Notes: a model not told the origin generated them from the letters alone. A DNA stretch of 63,423 nt, filler included, from 10 parts of 10 records of this genome joined end to end with filler, not necessarily neighbours in it, one strand, 5' to 3'; counted from the whole stretch's first letter, positions 37,532-53,993 are shown. Made by a program: numbers and translations.

Positions 37532-37784
37532 ACCGCGAAACGCCGCGTTTTAGCTGTTACCCGGCTGACGCGGCTCTCTCCTGCCCTTTTCCCTGCTCCT
37601 GGACGGTTTTACCCCTGTTACACGGGAAGTGACCGTAATCAAAAAAGTCTGTTTATAAACTAATTCCTAACAACATCGCATTTTTTTGACACTAGAATTG
37701 CAGCAATATGGCGACGCCATTACATTGTGCTTCTCAAAAAGCTTAAACGTTGGCTAAACGGCCCGGTTTAGTGAGGATCGCCCG

Positions 37785-40076
37785 TTGTCAGAACTACTCT
37801 CTTTCGCCCTTTTTCTCGCCTCTGTGCTGATTTACGCATGGAAAGCGGGACGTAACACCTGGTGGTTTGCAGCCACGTTAACGGTGCTGGGGCTATTTGT
37901 CGTTTTAAATATCACCCTGTTTGCCAGCGACTATTTTACTGGCGATGGTATTAACGACGCGGTTCTCTATACCTTAACCAACAGCCTGACCGGTGCTGGC
38001 GTCAGCAAATACATTTTGCCGGGTATCGGCATTGTGCTGGGGCTGACAGCGGTGTTCGGTGCGCTGGGCTGGATCCTGCGCCGTCGTCGCCATCATCCGC
38101 ACCATTTTGGTTACAGCCTGCTGGCGCTCTTACTGGCGCTGGGTTCGGTGGACGCCAGCCCGGCATTTCGTCAGATAACGGAACTGGTGAAATCCCAGTC
38201 ACGCGACGGCGACCCGGACTTTGCGGCTTATTATAAAGAGCCGTCGAAAACTATCCCTGACCCGAAACTCAACCTGGTTTATATCTACGGCGAAAGTCTC
38301 GAGCGGACCTATTTTGATAACGAGGCTTTCCCGGATCTCACGCCTGAACTGGGCGCGTTGAAAAATGAAGGCCTGGATTTCAGCCACACGCAGCAGCTGC
38401 CGGGAACAGATTACACGATTGCGGGCATGGTGGCTTCTCAGTGCGGCATACCGCTGTTTGCCCCCTTTGAAGGCAACGCCTCCGCCTCTGTCTCCAGCTT
38501 CTTCCCGCAGAACATCTGTCTGGGAGATATCCTGAAAAACTCGGGTTATCAGAACTATTTCGTGCAGGGCGCGAATCTGCGTTTTGCCGGTAAAGATGTG
38601 TTCCTGAAGTCGCATGGCTTCGACCACTTATACGGCTCAGAAGAGCTGAAAAGCGTGGTAGCCGACCCGCACTATCGCAACGACTGGGGATTCTACGACG
38701 ATACCGTTCTCGATGAAGCGTGGAAAAAGTTTGAAGAGCTTTCCCGCTCAGGTCAGCGATTCTCACTGTTTACCCTGACAGTCGATACCCATCACCCGGA
38801 TGGTTTTATCTCTCGTACCTGTAACCGCAAAAAATATGATTTTGACGGTAAACCGAATCAGTCATTCAGCGCGGTAAGTTGCAGCCAGGAGAACATCGCG
38901 ACGTTTATCAACAAAATCAAAGCGTCACCGTGGTTTAAAGATACCGTCATCGTCGTCTCTTCTGACCATTTAGCGATGAACAACACGGCGTGGAAATACC
39001 TCAATAAGCAGGATCGCAATAACCTGTTTTTTGTCATTCGTGGCGACAAGCCGCAGCAAGAGACGCTGGCAGTGAAGCGTAACACGATGGATAACGGCGC
39101 GACGGTGCTGGACATTCTCGGTGGCGATAACTATCTCGGACTTGGTCGTAGCAGTTTATCCGGGCAGTCGATGTCGGAAATCTTCCTCAATATCAAAGAG
39201 AAAACATTGGCGTGGAAGCCAGATATCATCCGCCTGTGGAAATTCCCTAAAGAGATGAAAGAGTTCACCATCGACCAGCAGAAAAACATGATTGCCTTCT
39301 CGGGTAGCCATTTCCGTTTGCCGCTGCTGTTGCGGGTTTCAGACAAACGCGTGGAACCGCTGCCGGAAAGCGAATACTCAGCACCGCTGCGTTTCCAGCT
39401 GGCCGATTTCGCTCCACGCGACAATTTCGTCTGGGTTGACCGTTGCTACAAGATGGCACAACTCTGGGCTCCGGAACTGGCACTTTCCACCGACTGGTGT
39501 GTCTCGCAAGGGCAGCTTGGCGGTCAGCAAATTGTTCAGCATGTTGACAAAACAACATGGCAGGGCAAAACGGCATTTAAAGATACGGTCATCGACATGG
39601 CGCGTTACAAAGGCAATGTCGATACGCTGAAGATTGTTGATAACGATATTCGCTACAAAGCCGACAGTTTCATCTTTAACGTCGCCGGTGCGCCAGAAGA
39701 GGTGAAACAGTTTAGCGGGATTTCCCGTCCGGAGTCGTGGGGCCGCTGGTCCAACGCGCAGCTGGGCGATGAAGTAAAAATCGAGTACAAGCATCCGCTG
39801 CCGAAGAAATTTGACCTGGTGATTACCGCCAAAGCATACGGCAATAACGCCAGCCGTCCTATTCCGGTACGCGTAGGCAATGAAGAACAAACTCTTGTGC
39901 TGGGCAATGAAGTGACCACCACCACACTGCATTTCGATAACCCAACCGATGCCGACACACTGGTAATTGTGCCGCCGGAACCTGTCTCAACCAACGAAGG
40001 GAATATCCTCGGACACTCGCCGCGTAAGCTCGGGATCGGCATGGTGGAAATTAAAGTGGTAGAACGTGAAGGGTAA
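37785..40076 (+). CDS. opgB: Phosphoglycerol transferase I (MdoB)
   Basis: 763 aa, TTG start, IYGESLE sulfatase-like motif. Confidence 0.96.
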   Translation: MSELLSFALFLASVLIYAWKAGRNTWWFAATLTVLGLFVVLNITLFASDYFTGDGINDAVLYTLTNSLTGAGVSKYILPGIGIVLGLTAVFGALGWILRRRRHHPHHFGYSLLALLLALGSVDASPAFRQITELVKSQSRDGDPDFAAYYKEPSKTIPDPKLNLVYIYGESLERTYFDNEAFPDLTPELGALKNEGLDFSHTQQLPGTDYTIAGMVASQCGIPLFAPFEGNASASVSSFFPQNICLGDILKNSGYQNYFVQGANLRFAGKDVFLKSHGFDHLYGSEELKSVVADPHYRNDWGFYDDTVLDEAWKKFEELSRSGQRFSLFTLTVDTHHPDGFISRTCNRKKYDFDGKPNQSFSAVSCSQENIATFINKIKASPWFKDTVIVVSSDHLAMNNTAWKYLNKQDRNNLFFVIRGDKPQQETLAVKRNTMDNGATVLDILGGDNYLGLGRSSLSGQSMSEIFLNIKEKTLAWKPDIIRLWKFPKEMKEFTIDQQKNMIAFSGSHFRLPLLLRVSDKRVEPLPESEYSAPLRFQLADFAPRDNFVWVDRCYKMAQLWAPELALSTDWCVSQGQLGGQQIVQHVDKTTWQGKTAFKDTVIDMARYKGNVDTLKIVDNDIRYKADSFIFNVAGAPEEVKQFSGISRPESWGRWSNAQLGDEVKIEYKHPLPKKFDLVITAKAYGNNASRPIPVRVGNEEQTLVLGNEVTTTTLHFDNPTDADTLVIVPPEPVSTNEGNILGHSPRKLGIGMVEIKVVEREG

Positions 40077-40088
40077 TTCCTGACTGAT

Positions 40089-40117
40089 GTGTAGGTCGCA
40101 TAGGGTGCGACCTACAC
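40089..40117. terminator. Hairpin between convergent opgB and lgoD
   Basis: GTGTAGGTCGCA-TAGGG-TGCGACCTACAC, 12-bp stem. Confidence 0.65.
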
Positions 40118-40213
40118 GCCTTCTACGGCTTACAACACATTATTAAGAAACAAAAAAAACAGCGCCCAACACTTCCCCGGACGCTGCATGGCAACTTTAA
40201 TAATCTCGCCTTA

Positions 40214-41236
40214 TCAGAAAGTAATTACGCCTTTAATTAACTCACGATTGTTAATCACATCGCGCTCGTAGGTTTCTGCCAGCGTGGCGAACGGATAGCG
40301 ATGGGTTAACATCATGTCAGCAGTGATTTTTCCTTCCGCCATCAGTCGACCGACTTTAGCAAAATCTTCCGGCGTGGCGTTGCGGCTGCCCATCATCGTC
40401 GTTTCTTTTTTATGGAATTCCGGATCGGAGAACTGCAACTCACCTTTAAACAGGCCGACAAATACCACCGTGCCGCCGTGACGAATCAAATTCACGGTGT
40501 TATTCATCGCATGTTGATTACCTGTCGCGTCGATCACTTTCTGCGCCAGCGAACCACCAAACTGCGCCCGTAGCTGCGCGTCAAAATCTTCGGCTGACGG
40601 GTCCAGTAAAGGTAATTCCAGACGCGTTGCCACATGTTCACGGCGCGCCGGACTGGTATCCGCCACCACCACCTGTGCGCCATCGGCTTTAGCGATTGCC
40701 GCCGCGCCCAGACCGATTGGCCCCGCCCCGACCACCAGCACCTGCTCGCCGGGAGCAATGGCTGCGCGACGCACCGCATGAGCGCTAATAGCGAAAGGTT
40801 CAATCAATGCTGCCGCCTGCGGGTCAATACCGTCTGCGGGCAAAATGTTCGCCACCGGCACGCTCAAATACTCACTAAAACCGCCATCCTGATGCACGCC
40901 AATGACTGAAATTTTTTCACAGCAATTGGTACGCCCGCTTTTACACGCCGGGCATTGCTGACAGGCAACATAAGGGATCACAGCAACTTGCTGACCATTT
41001 TTAAGATCAGCAATATTTTTACCCAGCCCAACAATCTCCCCACATATTTCATGGCCTAAAACACGTGGATAACTAAAAAATGGTTGATTTCCACCCCAGG
41101 CATGAATATCGGTACCGCAAATCCCGACAGACTTAATTTTTATTAATGCTTCATTGTCACCCGGAATAGGTATCTCGCGTTGTTTCCAGACTAATTCTTT
41201 CGGCTGCTGGCAAATTAAAACATTCATCGTAGACAT
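40214..41236 (-). CDS. lgoD: L-galactonate oxidoreductase (YjjN)
   Basis: 340-aa Zn dehydrogenase, GICGTD, GHE. Confidence 0.92.
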   Translation of the reverse strand: MSTMNVLICQQPKELVWKQREIPIPGDNEALIKIKSVGICGTDIHAWGGNQPFFSYPRVLGHEICGEIVGLGKNIADLKNGQQVAVIPYVACQQCPACKSGRTNCCEKISVIGVHQDGGFSEYLSVPVANILPADGIDPQAAALIEPFAISAHAVRRAAIAPGEQVLVVGAGPIGLGAAAIAKADGAQVVVADTSPARREHVATRLELPLLDPSAEDFDAQLRAQFGGSLAQKVIDATGNQHAMNNTVNLIRHGGTVVFVGLFKGELQFSDPEFHKKETTMMGSRNATPEDFAKVGRLMAEGKITADMMLTHRYPFATLAETYERDVINNRELIKGVITF

Positions 41237-41374
41237 GATTCGGCTCTCCACTTTTTGTTGCCTTAGATATCAATGAAAATGAAAAATGGCAGCGGAACGG
41301 AAAATCTTTTTTGTGAAAACACACGCATAAAAATGTTTTAAATCGGGTTTTAATGGACTCACAAGGAGGAAAAT

Positions 41375-41615
41375 ATGAGTCGTTCACAAAATTTACGCCA
41401 CAATGTGATTAACCAGGTCATTGATGATATGGCGCGGGGTCATATCCCTTCCCCACTTCCATCGCAAAGTGCGCTGGCGGAAATGTACAACATCAGCCGC
41501 ACCACAGTGCGTCATATTCTCAGCCACTTACGCGAATGCGGCGTCTTGACGCAGGTTGGAAACGACTATGTTATTGCGCGTAAACCTGACCATGATGACG
41601 GTTTCGCCTGTACTA
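41375..41615 (+). CDS. lgoR: GntR-family regulator LgoR (YjjM), 5' part
   Basis: LPSQSALAEMYNISRTTVR HTH; divergent from lgoD. Confidence 0.9.
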
Positions 41616-41715
41616 NNNNNNNNNNNNNNNNNNNNNNNNNNNNNNNNNNNNNNNNNNNNTTAATTAATTAANNNNNNNNNNNNNNNNNNNNNNNNNNNNN
41701 NNNNNNNNNNNNNNN
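41616..41715. other. Artificial contig spacer
   Basis: N44-TTAATTAATTAA-N44. Confidence 0.99.
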
Positions 41716-41730
41716 TACATGTGCAATCCC

Positions 41731-41768
41731 GTAGGCTGGATAAGATGCGGCAAGCGTCGCATCCGGCA
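41731..41768. repeat. REP element downstream of eutG
   Basis: GTAGGCTGGATAAGATGCGGCAAGCGTCGCATCCGGCA. Confidence 0.88.
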
Positions 41769-41769
41769 T

Positions 41770-42957
41770 TTATTGCGCCGCTGCGTACAGGCCGACAATC
41801 TGCTCCAGGCTGGCGGTACGCGGGTTACTGCGCAGACAAATATCTTCCAGCGCGGCCTGCGCCCATGCGCCGTAATGCGCAGATGTCGCACCAACATCGC
41901 CCAGTCGTTTACCAATCCCAACTTCCGCAATCAGCTCACTTACCGCGTTAATAGCGTCACGATCGTCGGATTTTTTAGTTCGCAGTGCCCGACCAATCTG
42001 ACTAAAGCGTTCACGACAAACCATCCGGTTAAATTCCATCACCGTTGGCAGCAACATGGCGTTCGCGAGACCGTGCGGAATATGCAGCGCCGCGCCCGGC
42101 TGATGCGCCATCGCGTGGCACAACCCAAGACCCGCACTGGAAAACGCCATTCCCGCCATACATGAAGCCAGCAACATGCTCTCGCGCGCGGCAAGGTCGT
42201 GACCGTAGCCCACCGCTTTCGGCAGCGATTTGCCAATCATCGCAATGGCACCAATCGCCAGACTGTCGGTAAACGGTGTAGCGTTCAGGGCGCTGTATGC
42301 TTCAATGGCATGGGTTAACGCATCAATGCCGGTCATCGCCGTGACATGCGACGGCACACCTTCGGTCAATGCGGCGTCGAGGATCGCCACATCCGGCATC
42401 AGCGAGGCATGGGCTAACACCTGCTTGCGCCCGCTCACCGCGTCGATAATCACCGTTACATTGGTGGTTTCAGAGCCGGTTCCGGCGGTAGTTGGAATGG
42501 CAATCAGCGGCAAGCGCGGTTGCAGAACGCTGGTTTCTGACATCTCTGCCAGCGTGCTATCCGGGTTCGTCACCAGCAACGTCACGGCTTTCGCCGCATC
42601 CAGCACCGAGCCGCCGCCAAACGCGATCACCCCATCACAGCCTGACTCACGCAACTGCGCCACGGCTGCACACACGTCGGTAATGCACGGTTCGCCCACC
42701 GGACATGGCCAGAGCGTCATGGCGATACCTTTAACGGTCAGGCTACGCGTCAGCCCGGCGGTCATCCCTGCCTGATGCAAAAAGCTGTCTGCCATCACGA
42801 ACAGATGTTTCAGCCCACGCGTTTGCGCTTGCTGTCCGCAACTGCTCACCGAGCCCGGACCGCAAAGCGTCACCGGTGGAACGCTAAATGTTTTTACCCG
42901 TTGCAGATTCAGGGTATCGAACGCCTGAAAGAGCGCGGTCTGCAATTCATTTTGCAT
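41770..42957 (-). CDS. eutG: Fe-containing alcohol dehydrogenase EutG
   Basis: 395 aa, GGGSVLD, PTTAGTGSE. Confidence 0.96.
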   Translation of the reverse strand: MQNELQTALFQAFDTLNLQRVKTFSVPPVTLCGPGSVSSCGQQAQTRGLKHLFVMADSFLHQAGMTAGLTRSLTVKGIAMTLWPCPVGEPCITDVCAAVAQLRESGCDGVIAFGGGSVLDAAKAVTLLVTNPDSTLAEMSETSVLQPRLPLIAIPTTAGTGSETTNVTVIIDAVSGRKQVLAHASLMPDVAILDAALTEGVPSHVTAMTGIDALTHAIEAYSALNATPFTDSLAIGAIAMIGKSLPKAVGYGHDLAARESMLLASCMAGMAFSSAGLGLCHAMAHQPGAALHIPHGLANAMLLPTVMEFNRMVCRERFSQIGRALRTKKSDDRDAINAVSELIAEVGIGKRLGDVGATSAHYGAWAQAALEDICLRSNPRTASLEQIVGLYAAAQ

Positions 42958-43783
42958 ATAGCCCCTCCGCTTTCTCTCGCCCACTACTGGCGATCGCCAG
43001 CGGGGTCATAAACAAACTGTGCTGCGGTAAATGCACCTGTAACGCCGGGAATTGTTTGCGAAACAGTTCCGCCACGCCCGGTTGCATACAAGAGCCGCCC
43101 GCCAGCCATAAATCAGTAATGCCCTGCCCTTCAATATGCCGGGCGACAATGTCCGCCATTTTTTCGTACACCGGTTTCACCGCAGGCCAAATCTCTTCAC
43201 CGTGACCGCGCTTGTACTGCTCCGCCTCTTCCAGCGAAATACGGCGATTTCCGGCGAGAGTCAGAGAGATGTGATGTCCGCCGGTGGCTTCATCCGCCGA
43301 GTACGTCACCTTGCCCTTTTTCACGATGGCAATGCCGGTAGTGCCGCCGCCGATATCCACTACACCGGCGTTGTCCAGTTGCAGCAGATCCGCAACTGCG
43401 GTTGGCTCATCCAGCACATGGCTCACTTCCAGTCCGGCAGATTCCAGCACGTTGATGGAAATACGCGGGTCCGTACCTGGAGGAAATGAAGTCGCCGCAT
43501 GGCTAAAACGACGACCGAATTGCTGCTCGAGCGTGTCGAGATGGCGACGAACAATGGTGACAGCGCCGAAGAAATCCCAGACGATGCCGTCGCGAACCAC
43601 ATCGGCCCAGTCGAGGCATACCGCCACTGGCTGACCGTCGCGGTCGACAACCATCGACACCACATCGCAGGTGCCCAGATCCACCCCCAGCCACAGCGGA
43701 GATTCCGTCGCGGCGGGCGTCTGGTTACACAGCGTTGCCGCCGTTTGCAGACGTGGGGTGAGCCATTGTTCGTCGTGCGCCAT
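42947..43783 (-). CDS. eutJ: EutJ (Hsp70/actin-like)
   Basis: 278 aa, GVDLGT, DIGGGTT. Confidence 0.96.
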   Translation of the reverse strand: MAHDEQWLTPRLQTAATLCNQTPAATESPLWLGVDLGTCDVVSMVVDRDGQPVAVCLDWADVVRDGIVWDFFGAVTIVRRHLDTLEQQFGRRFSHAATSFPPGTDPRISINVLESAGLEVSHVLDEPTAVADLLQLDNAGVVDIGGGTTGIAIVKKGKVTYSADEATGGHHISLTLAGNRRISLEEAEQYKRGHGEEIWPAVKPVYEKMADIVARHIEGQGITDLWLAGGSCMQPGVAELFRKQFPALQVHLPQHSLFMTPLAIASSGREKAEGLYAK

Positions 43784-43793
43784 CTGTTACTCC

Positions 43794-45197
43794 TTAAACA
43801 ATGCGAAACGCATCGACTAATACACAGCGACGCAGACGGACAAACGTACGCGCGCTGGTTACCCCTTCACCGGTTGGCGTGGTGATGGTCATGGTGGTCC
43901 AGCCTTCCCCGCCCAGCCCCAGCCCGGCAATGCACGGTCCGTTCTTAACGAAAATGCTGGTATCAATAGCATTCGCCATCTGGTTCATGTTTTCGATGTT
44001 GCGCGAGTGCATTGCCGCCGTGTGGTGGCAACCGCCTTCCAGTTTCACCGCTAGCGCAATGGCATCCGCCACGTTGGCGACGCGCACGACGGGCAACACC
44101 GGCATCATCAGTTCAGTCACGGCAAACGGATGTTCTGCGGTGGTTTCCACAAACAGCAGGCGCGTTTCTTGCGGAACTTTAAGGCCGATTGCCGCCGCGA
44201 TTTTGCCTGCGTCGCGACCAACCCAGTCACGGCTGACGGTGCCTTTTCCGCGCTCGTCGATATTTTTCAGCAACACCGGTTGCAGCTGCTGCGCCTGTTC
44301 TGCGGTCAGTTTCACCGCGTGCTGGCCTTCCATCAGACGCATCAGTTCATCGGCTACGCTATCAACAACAATCAGTACCTTTTCGTCGGCACAAATGATG
44401 TTGTTATCGAAAGAAGCGCCTTTGACGATGGACTGAGCGGCACGGGCGAGGTCGGCGGTTTCATCCACCACTACCGGCGGGTTGCCAGCGCCTGCGGCAA
44501 TCAGACGTTTATTGGTGTGTTTACGCGCCGCTTCTACTACCGCTTCGCCGCCGGTTACCACCAGCAGGCCGATACCCGGAAACTTGAACAAGCGTTGCGC
44601 GGTTTCGATATCCGGATTTGCCACAGTAACCAGTAAGTTTTCCGGCCCACCTGCGGCAACAATCGCCTGGTTGAGCAGCGTAATCGCCCGCTGGGAGACT
44701 TTTTTCGCCGCCGGATGCGGGGCAAAAATGACGCTGTTGCCCGCGGCAATCAGGCTGATGGCGTTGTTAATTACGGTTGCCGCCGGGTTAGTGGAAGGCG
44801 TCACCGAAGCCACCACGCCCCAGGGTGCGTTTTCAATTAGGGTCAGGCCGTTGTCGCCAGTCAGCACTTGCGGAGAGAGGCACTCAACGCCTGGTGTGCC
44901 GCGCGCCTGAGCGACGTTTTTTGCAAATTTATCTTCAACGCGCCCCATGCCGGTTTCACTGACGGCAAGTTCCGCTAAATCTCTGGCGTGTTTTTCGCCT
45001 GCTTCACGAATGGCAGCAATGGCTAACTGGCGCATTGCCACGCTTTTTAACCCTTGCTGGGCGACTTTGGCTGCCGCAACGGCGTCATCCAGGGACGCGA
45101 AAACGCCCATCTCATGAACGGCGGCGGACGGCGTGTCACTGCTTTGCATTTTCAGCAGTACCGCTTTCACCACCTGTTCAATATCCTGTTGATTCAT
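43794..45197 (-). CDS. eutE: CoA-acylating aldehyde dehydrogenase EutE
   Basis: 467 aa, N-terminal encapsulation peptide, NNIICADE. Confidence 0.97.
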   Translation of the reverse strand: MNQQDIEQVVKAVLLKMQSSDTPSAAVHEMGVFASLDDAVAAAKVAQQGLKSVAMRQLAIAAIREAGEKHARDLAELAVSETGMGRVEDKFAKNVAQARGTPGVECLSPQVLTGDNGLTLIENAPWGVVASVTPSTNPAATVINNAISLIAAGNSVIFAPHPAAKKVSQRAITLLNQAIVAAGGPENLLVTVANPDIETAQRLFKFPGIGLLVVTGGEAVVEAARKHTNKRLIAAGAGNPPVVVDETADLARAAQSIVKGASFDNNIICADEKVLIVVDSVADELMRLMEGQHAVKLTAEQAQQLQPVLLKNIDERGKGTVSRDWVGRDAGKIAAAIGLKVPQETRLLFVETTAEHPFAVTELMMPVLPVVRVANVADAIALAVKLEGGCHHTAAMHSRNIENMNQMANAIDTSIFVKNGPCIAGLGLGGEGWTTMTITTPTGEGVTSARTFVRLRRCVLVDAFRIV

Positions 45198-45208
45198 GAT
45201 GTTCTGCC

Positions 45209-45496
45209 TTATTTGTGGAAAATTACCTGACCGCCAGACACCACCTCATCGACAATGCCAATCACGCACAGATCGACCGGTGACGTTTCGCTTTTATGCG
45301 CCTGGCGGGCGGAACTGCCACTCACCAGTAACACCCACTCCCCGGTTCCCGCGCCAATATTGTCGATGGCGACGGCGCATTGCCCGTCAGGATTACCTTG
45401 TGGATCAATCATTTCCACCATCAGCAATTTGTCATGCGCCAGTCCGTGATGGCGTACGGTACAAACAATTTGTCCAGTGACGACTGCCAGTTTCAT
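45209..45496 (-). CDS. eutN: Microcompartment vertex protein EutN
   Basis: 95 aa, CcmL-like. Confidence 0.96.
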   Translation of the reverse strand: MKLAVVTGQIVCTVRHHGLAHDKLLMVEMIDPQGNPDGQCAVAIDNIGAGTGEWVLLVSGSSARQAHKSETSPVDLCVIGIVDEVVSGGQVIFHK

Positions 45497-45602
45497 ACCC
45501 GCCTCCGTGGCGTATTTCAGGTAAAAGCTCCCCCTACCCTCCGCAGAAGGTAAAATGAAAAAGGAGAGAGCGTGACGCCCGAATCGACGTCACACAGGGT
45601 GA

Positions 45603-45896
45603 TTACAGGTTGCTGCTATCGCCTTTCAGGCCGATCGGGAAGACTTCTTCCAGGTCGCCGTGCGGACGCGGGATAACGTGTACAGATACCAGCTCGCCGA
45701 TACGCTGTGCCGCTGCGGCACCTGCATCGGTCGCGGCTTTACAGGCTGCAACATCACCACGAACCATGGCAGTACACAGGCCGCCGCCAATCTGCTTAAC
45801 ACCAACCAGCTTGACGCGCGCAGCTTTCACCATCGCGTCAGAAGCCTCAATCAGTGCAACCAGGCCCCGGGTTTCGATCATTCCTAATGCTTCCAT
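45603..45896 (-). CDS. eutM: Microcompartment shell protein EutM
   Basis: 97 aa, ALGMIET...DAMVKAA...HVIPRPH. Confidence 0.97.
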   Translation of the reverse strand: MEALGMIETRGLVALIEASDAMVKAARVKLVGVKQIGGGLCTAMVRGDVAACKAATDAGAAAAQRIGELVSVHVIPRPHGDLEEVFPIGLKGDSSNL

Positions 45897-45934
45897 TGTG
45901 CTTTCCTCTTTATCAGGGTCCAGAACGGGACCGT

Positions 45935-46951
45935 TCATTCAACCAGTGTTTGTAAACTGCTTTCGCGGTTCACTTCTGTCTGACGCGGCACAGCTGCCAC
46001 CAGCGCCAGCTCGATAATTTCCTGCACGCTACAACCACGAGAGAGATCGTGCATCGGCGCGGCAAGTCCTTGTATCAGTGGCCCGACGGCACGATATCCG
46101 CCGAGTCGTTGTGCGATTTTGTAACCAATATTTCCGGCTTCCAGCGACGGAAAAACCATCACATTGGCCTTGCCCTGTAGCGGGCTGGCAGGCGCTTTTT
46201 GCGCCGCCACTTCCGGCACGAAGGCGGCGTCAAACTGTAACTCGCCATCCACCACCAGCTTTGGTGCGCGCTCACGGACGATTTCTGTCGCCTGCTGGAC
46301 GTTAGCAACACAGGGGTGACGGGCGCTACCATTGCTGGAAAACGACAGCATCGCCACGCGCGGCTCTTCTCCGGTGATGGCGCGCCAGGTTTCGGCACTG
46401 GCAAGCGCGATATCCGCCAGCTGCGCCGCCGTCGGCTGTGGCACCACGCTGCAATCGGCAAAGCCCAACGCCGGGCCGCTGTACTGTGGCAACATCAGGA
46501 AAATGGAAGAGAGCGTTTTACAGCCTGGCTGCAAGCCGATAATGCGTAATCCGGCACGCAGCACATTTGCCGTGGAAGAGAGGTTGCCCGCGATACAGAC
46601 ATCCGCTTTACCGGCGCTGACCATTGCTGCGGCGAACATCAGAGGGTCGGTAAGTTTTTCCAGCGCATCCGGCGGCGTTTTTTCGCCCGCGCGGGCCAGC
46701 CAGCGATGAGCAAATTCTTCCCGCATTGCGAGGTTGCCATGCGGATCAATCACCTGTAGCCCGTCCATCGCCACGCCGTGACTGAGCGCAAACTGACGAA
46801 GTTCAAACGGATTGGCGACCAGAATGGGCGTTGCCAGACCTTGTTGATGTAAATATTGCGCGGCTTTCAGCACACGTTGGTCTAACGCATCCGGAAAAAC
46901 CACTCTGGCGGGCGCTCGCAACGCCAGTTCACGACAACGTTCAATAATCAT
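45935..46951 (-). CDS. eutD: Phosphotransacetylase EutD
   Basis: 338 aa, [13 protein letters not shown]. Confidence 0.96.
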
Positions 46952-47751
46952 TGCGTTTCCCCCAGTCGTTGTTGGATCTGCTTCACCGTTAGCGGCTGCT
47001 TCGTTACGCTCAGGATCATCATCACGTAGACCGTGCTCGAAAGGCGGTTCAGCGCCTGCAAAATGTCCGGGCGTAATACTTCAAAGCTGCGGGTGATAAA
47101 GACCTGCGCCGCTACGGTTTCGGTTTCCCGCACTTTGGTGCGTAGCAGATTGAGCAACGCAGCATCGCGCCCGTGGCTGGCTTCCGGCACCAGATGATCG
47201 TGGTCGAGATAGCGCAGCGGCTGATGAGAAAGCCGATGCAGATCTTCGTCAGAAAGCCCGACAATCGCCTGGCAGCCCAGCGGTTCCCCCAGCGCATCGG
47301 CGCGCATAATGTTGCCAAGACGCGAACGGATATCCGCCAGCCACGGCTGCCACGGTTCCGCCAGTTCAATTTGCAGCCACACTGCCAGCGCAATGGTGCT
47401 GTCGAGAACCGCGCGAAAACCCAGACGCGGATCGCTTTTGGCGACCATTTTTTCCGCCGACAGGTGAGTCAGCGTATCCGGCTTTTTTGCCACCGGCTGG
47501 CGACACAGTTCGCAGCACGCCTGCGGATGTTCATCGCTACTGGTCAGCCCATGAACGGGCTGCGGCTGCTGCTGTTCATCGTCAACAAACAGGCGGCCCT
47601 GCTCGTCAATAAACTTGATGCGCAGATGGCGGCTTTCCAGCAACTCCCGGGCAGAGGGCGTCAGGCGACTGTCCGCAGGGAGATGGATCTCTGCGCCTTC
47701 GCTGAGCGTATGGTTCGCTCTTAGCCATGCTTCGGTGATGAAATCTTTCAT
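46948..47751 (-). CDS. eutT: Cobalamin adenosyltransferase EutT
   Basis: 267 aa; operon position. Confidence 0.95.
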
Positions 47752-48449
47752 AGGGATTGCCAGTTAGCCGGCCAGGCGACATACAGGAATTTCACGCTGG
47801 ATGTCGTACCAAATTCGATGCTGGAGCCTTTCGGGATAAACATCACGTCGCCTGCTTTGGCGATCATGGTTTGGCCTTCGTGGCGAACATGCAGCTCCCC
47901 TTCCAGCACCATGTCGATTTCGTCGTAGTTCAGGGTCCACGGGAAGAATGCGTTCTCCCACTGCATAAAACCGGCGGCCATGCTGCTGCCGTCGTCTCCG
48001 GTCACAAGATCAGTCAAGCCCACGCAATGCGGCTCTGCGCCGTCGAAACGACCAAACTTGACGCTACTGCCATCAATCACTTTGATGCCGCCTTTGCCGG
48101 TCACCGATTTGAAGCTCGGCTGCATTGCGCCCTGCTCCAGCGACTGTTTTTCCTTCATCACTTTTTCCATCAGCTGTGCGACCAGGCTTTCGGTAAACTG
48201 GCCTTCCGGCAGCTGGGCAATGATGGTTTCGCGGATGCGCTGGCTTTCGGTTTTGTCGGCTGGCACGCTGGCGGGCACGGACGCCGTTACCGGGATCGAT
48301 TCATCACATTCGGTGATGGTAAAACCCAGTAGATCCGCCACTTCACGGGCTTCCGGGGTAATAATGCTGGCGCGCAGAACCACGGACATTGCCTGTTCGC
48401 CGCGCGCGTGTGCTTCACGAATATCATTCGCTGTGATGAGTTTTTTCAC
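47748..48449 (-). CDS. eutQ: Cupin protein EutQ
   Basis: 233 aa, C-terminal cupin WPANW. Confidence 0.95.
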   Translation of the reverse strand: MKKLITANDIREAHARGEQAMSVVLRASIITPEAREVADLLGFTITECDESIPVTASVPASVPADKTESQRIRETIIAQLPEGQFTESLVAQLMEKVMKEKQSLEQGAMQPSFKSVTGKGGIKVIDGSSVKFGRFDGAEPHCVGLTDLVTGDDGSSMAAGFMQWENAFFPWTLNYDEIDMVLEGELHVRHEGQTMIAKAGDVMFIPKGSSIEFGTTSSVKFLYVAWPANWQSL

Positions 48450-48903
48450 CTGCTTCCTCCTGTTTGGTGAGAGATGCCAGATAATCCACCAGTTGCTGCA
48501 CGCTTTGCGGGTCGTGGCTGTTTAGCTCGAACATCGGCTCTTCGAAACCCGTCTCAAGCAATAACTTTCGCGTTGCGGCGACGTCAGCATCTGGCATGTC
48601 CGTTTTACTGATGACGGCGATTTGCCGTTTGCTGACGCCAATATCCAGCAACCCGGCAGGCAACCGACTTTCCGGGTCATTTGCGCCATGGACATAGATC
48701 AGCATGTCTACATCCTGTAGCGTGGTAATTAAGGCGTGATACCAGCGGGGATGGTTAAAATATTCACCCGGCGTATCAATATCGCCCTTATCATTAAATT
48801 CCACGGCCTGTGTTTTTCTGGCGAGGGTATAATTCCCCTGCAACGCATTAAATAACGTTGTTTTTCCTGCCCCGACGCTACCCACAAACGCAATTCGTTT
48901 CAT
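48424..48903 (-). CDS. eutP: P-loop protein EutP
   Basis: GSVGAGKT, DTPGEY. Confidence 0.95.
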   Translation of the reverse strand: MKRIAFVGSVGAGKTTLFNALQGNYTLARKTQAVEFNDKGDIDTPGEYFNHPRWYHALITTLQDVDMLIYVHGANDPESRLPAGLLDIGVSKRQIAVISKTDMPDADVAATRKLLLETGFEEPMFELNSHDPQSVQQLVDYLASLTKQEEAGEKTHHSE

Positions 48904-48915
48904 GAATGCCTCGTA

Positions 48916-49251
48916 TTAACTTTTGGTCATTTCACAAAGCGTATAATTTAATAAGCGACCTAAACCGCTGACGGTTTGTGATAACGCTTCTTCTACTGCG
49001 CCCACCGAGCCATAAATCACCAATGCACCGCTGAATCGGTCGAGAAAACCGATATGCACATCAGCGGCTTTCAGCGCTAAATCACCGGCGATCATCGCCG
49101 TTTCGCCGGGAGTTAGCGTCATAATGCCAATTGCGCCCGCATCCGGAACGCCGATTTTCTTCGCCAGTTCCTCACCGGGATGCGCGATGAGATGCGCCAG
49201 TGTGACCTGTTTGCCGGGCACAAATTCCTGAATGATGCGTTCTTTATCCAT
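48916..49251 (-). CDS. eutS: Microcompartment shell protein EutS
   Basis: 111 aa, [16 protein letters not shown]. Confidence 0.96.
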
Positions 49252-49530
49252 GAGTCGCCGCCTGTGAAAAACTTTCGTGTATCGTGACAATTTTTCGTCA
49301 GAGTAAATAACAAAATTCGGCAAGCGCGTTTAAAAGGTGAGGTAGATCACTAAGAATGGAGAGATATTCGCTGTGGTGCATAAACTTTCATATGCAACGC
49401 ATGAATATAAATAAAATAATATCGAGATATTATATAGACTGCTTTTTTTTATTATTCGCAAACTCAGTAATAAGCTTTACTAATATATTGCAGCTAAACT
49501 GCTTACCCTGAATATTCAGGGTAAGCGTGA

Positions 49531-49630
49531 NNNNNNNNNNNNNNNNNNNNNNNNNNNNNNNNNNNNNNNNNNNNTTAATTAATTAANNNNNNNNNNNNNN
49601 NNNNNNNNNNNNNNNNNNNNNNNNNNNNNN
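49531..49630. other. Artificial contig spacer
   Basis: N44-TTAATTAATTAA-N44. Confidence 0.99.
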
Positions 49631-49660
49631 TCGGATAAGGCGCTCGCGCCGCATCCGACA
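49631..49660. repeat. REP element downstream of lacY, at contig end
   Basis: TCGGATAAGGCGCTCGCGCCGCATCCGACA. Confidence 0.88.
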
Positions 49661-49668
49661 TTGATTGC

Positions 49669-50967
<1,299 letters not shown>

Positions 50968-50973
50968 TTATTA

Positions 50974-53993
<3,020 letters not shown>

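Noticed and set aside
41770..49251. eut microcompartment operon as a novel system
   Set aside because: Well-characterised ethanolamine utilisation locus in standard K-12 order; the missing downstream genes reflect the contig break at a REP.
49631..49668. Apparent loss of lacA
   Set aside because: The contig ends in the REP that follows lacY, so absence is uninformative.
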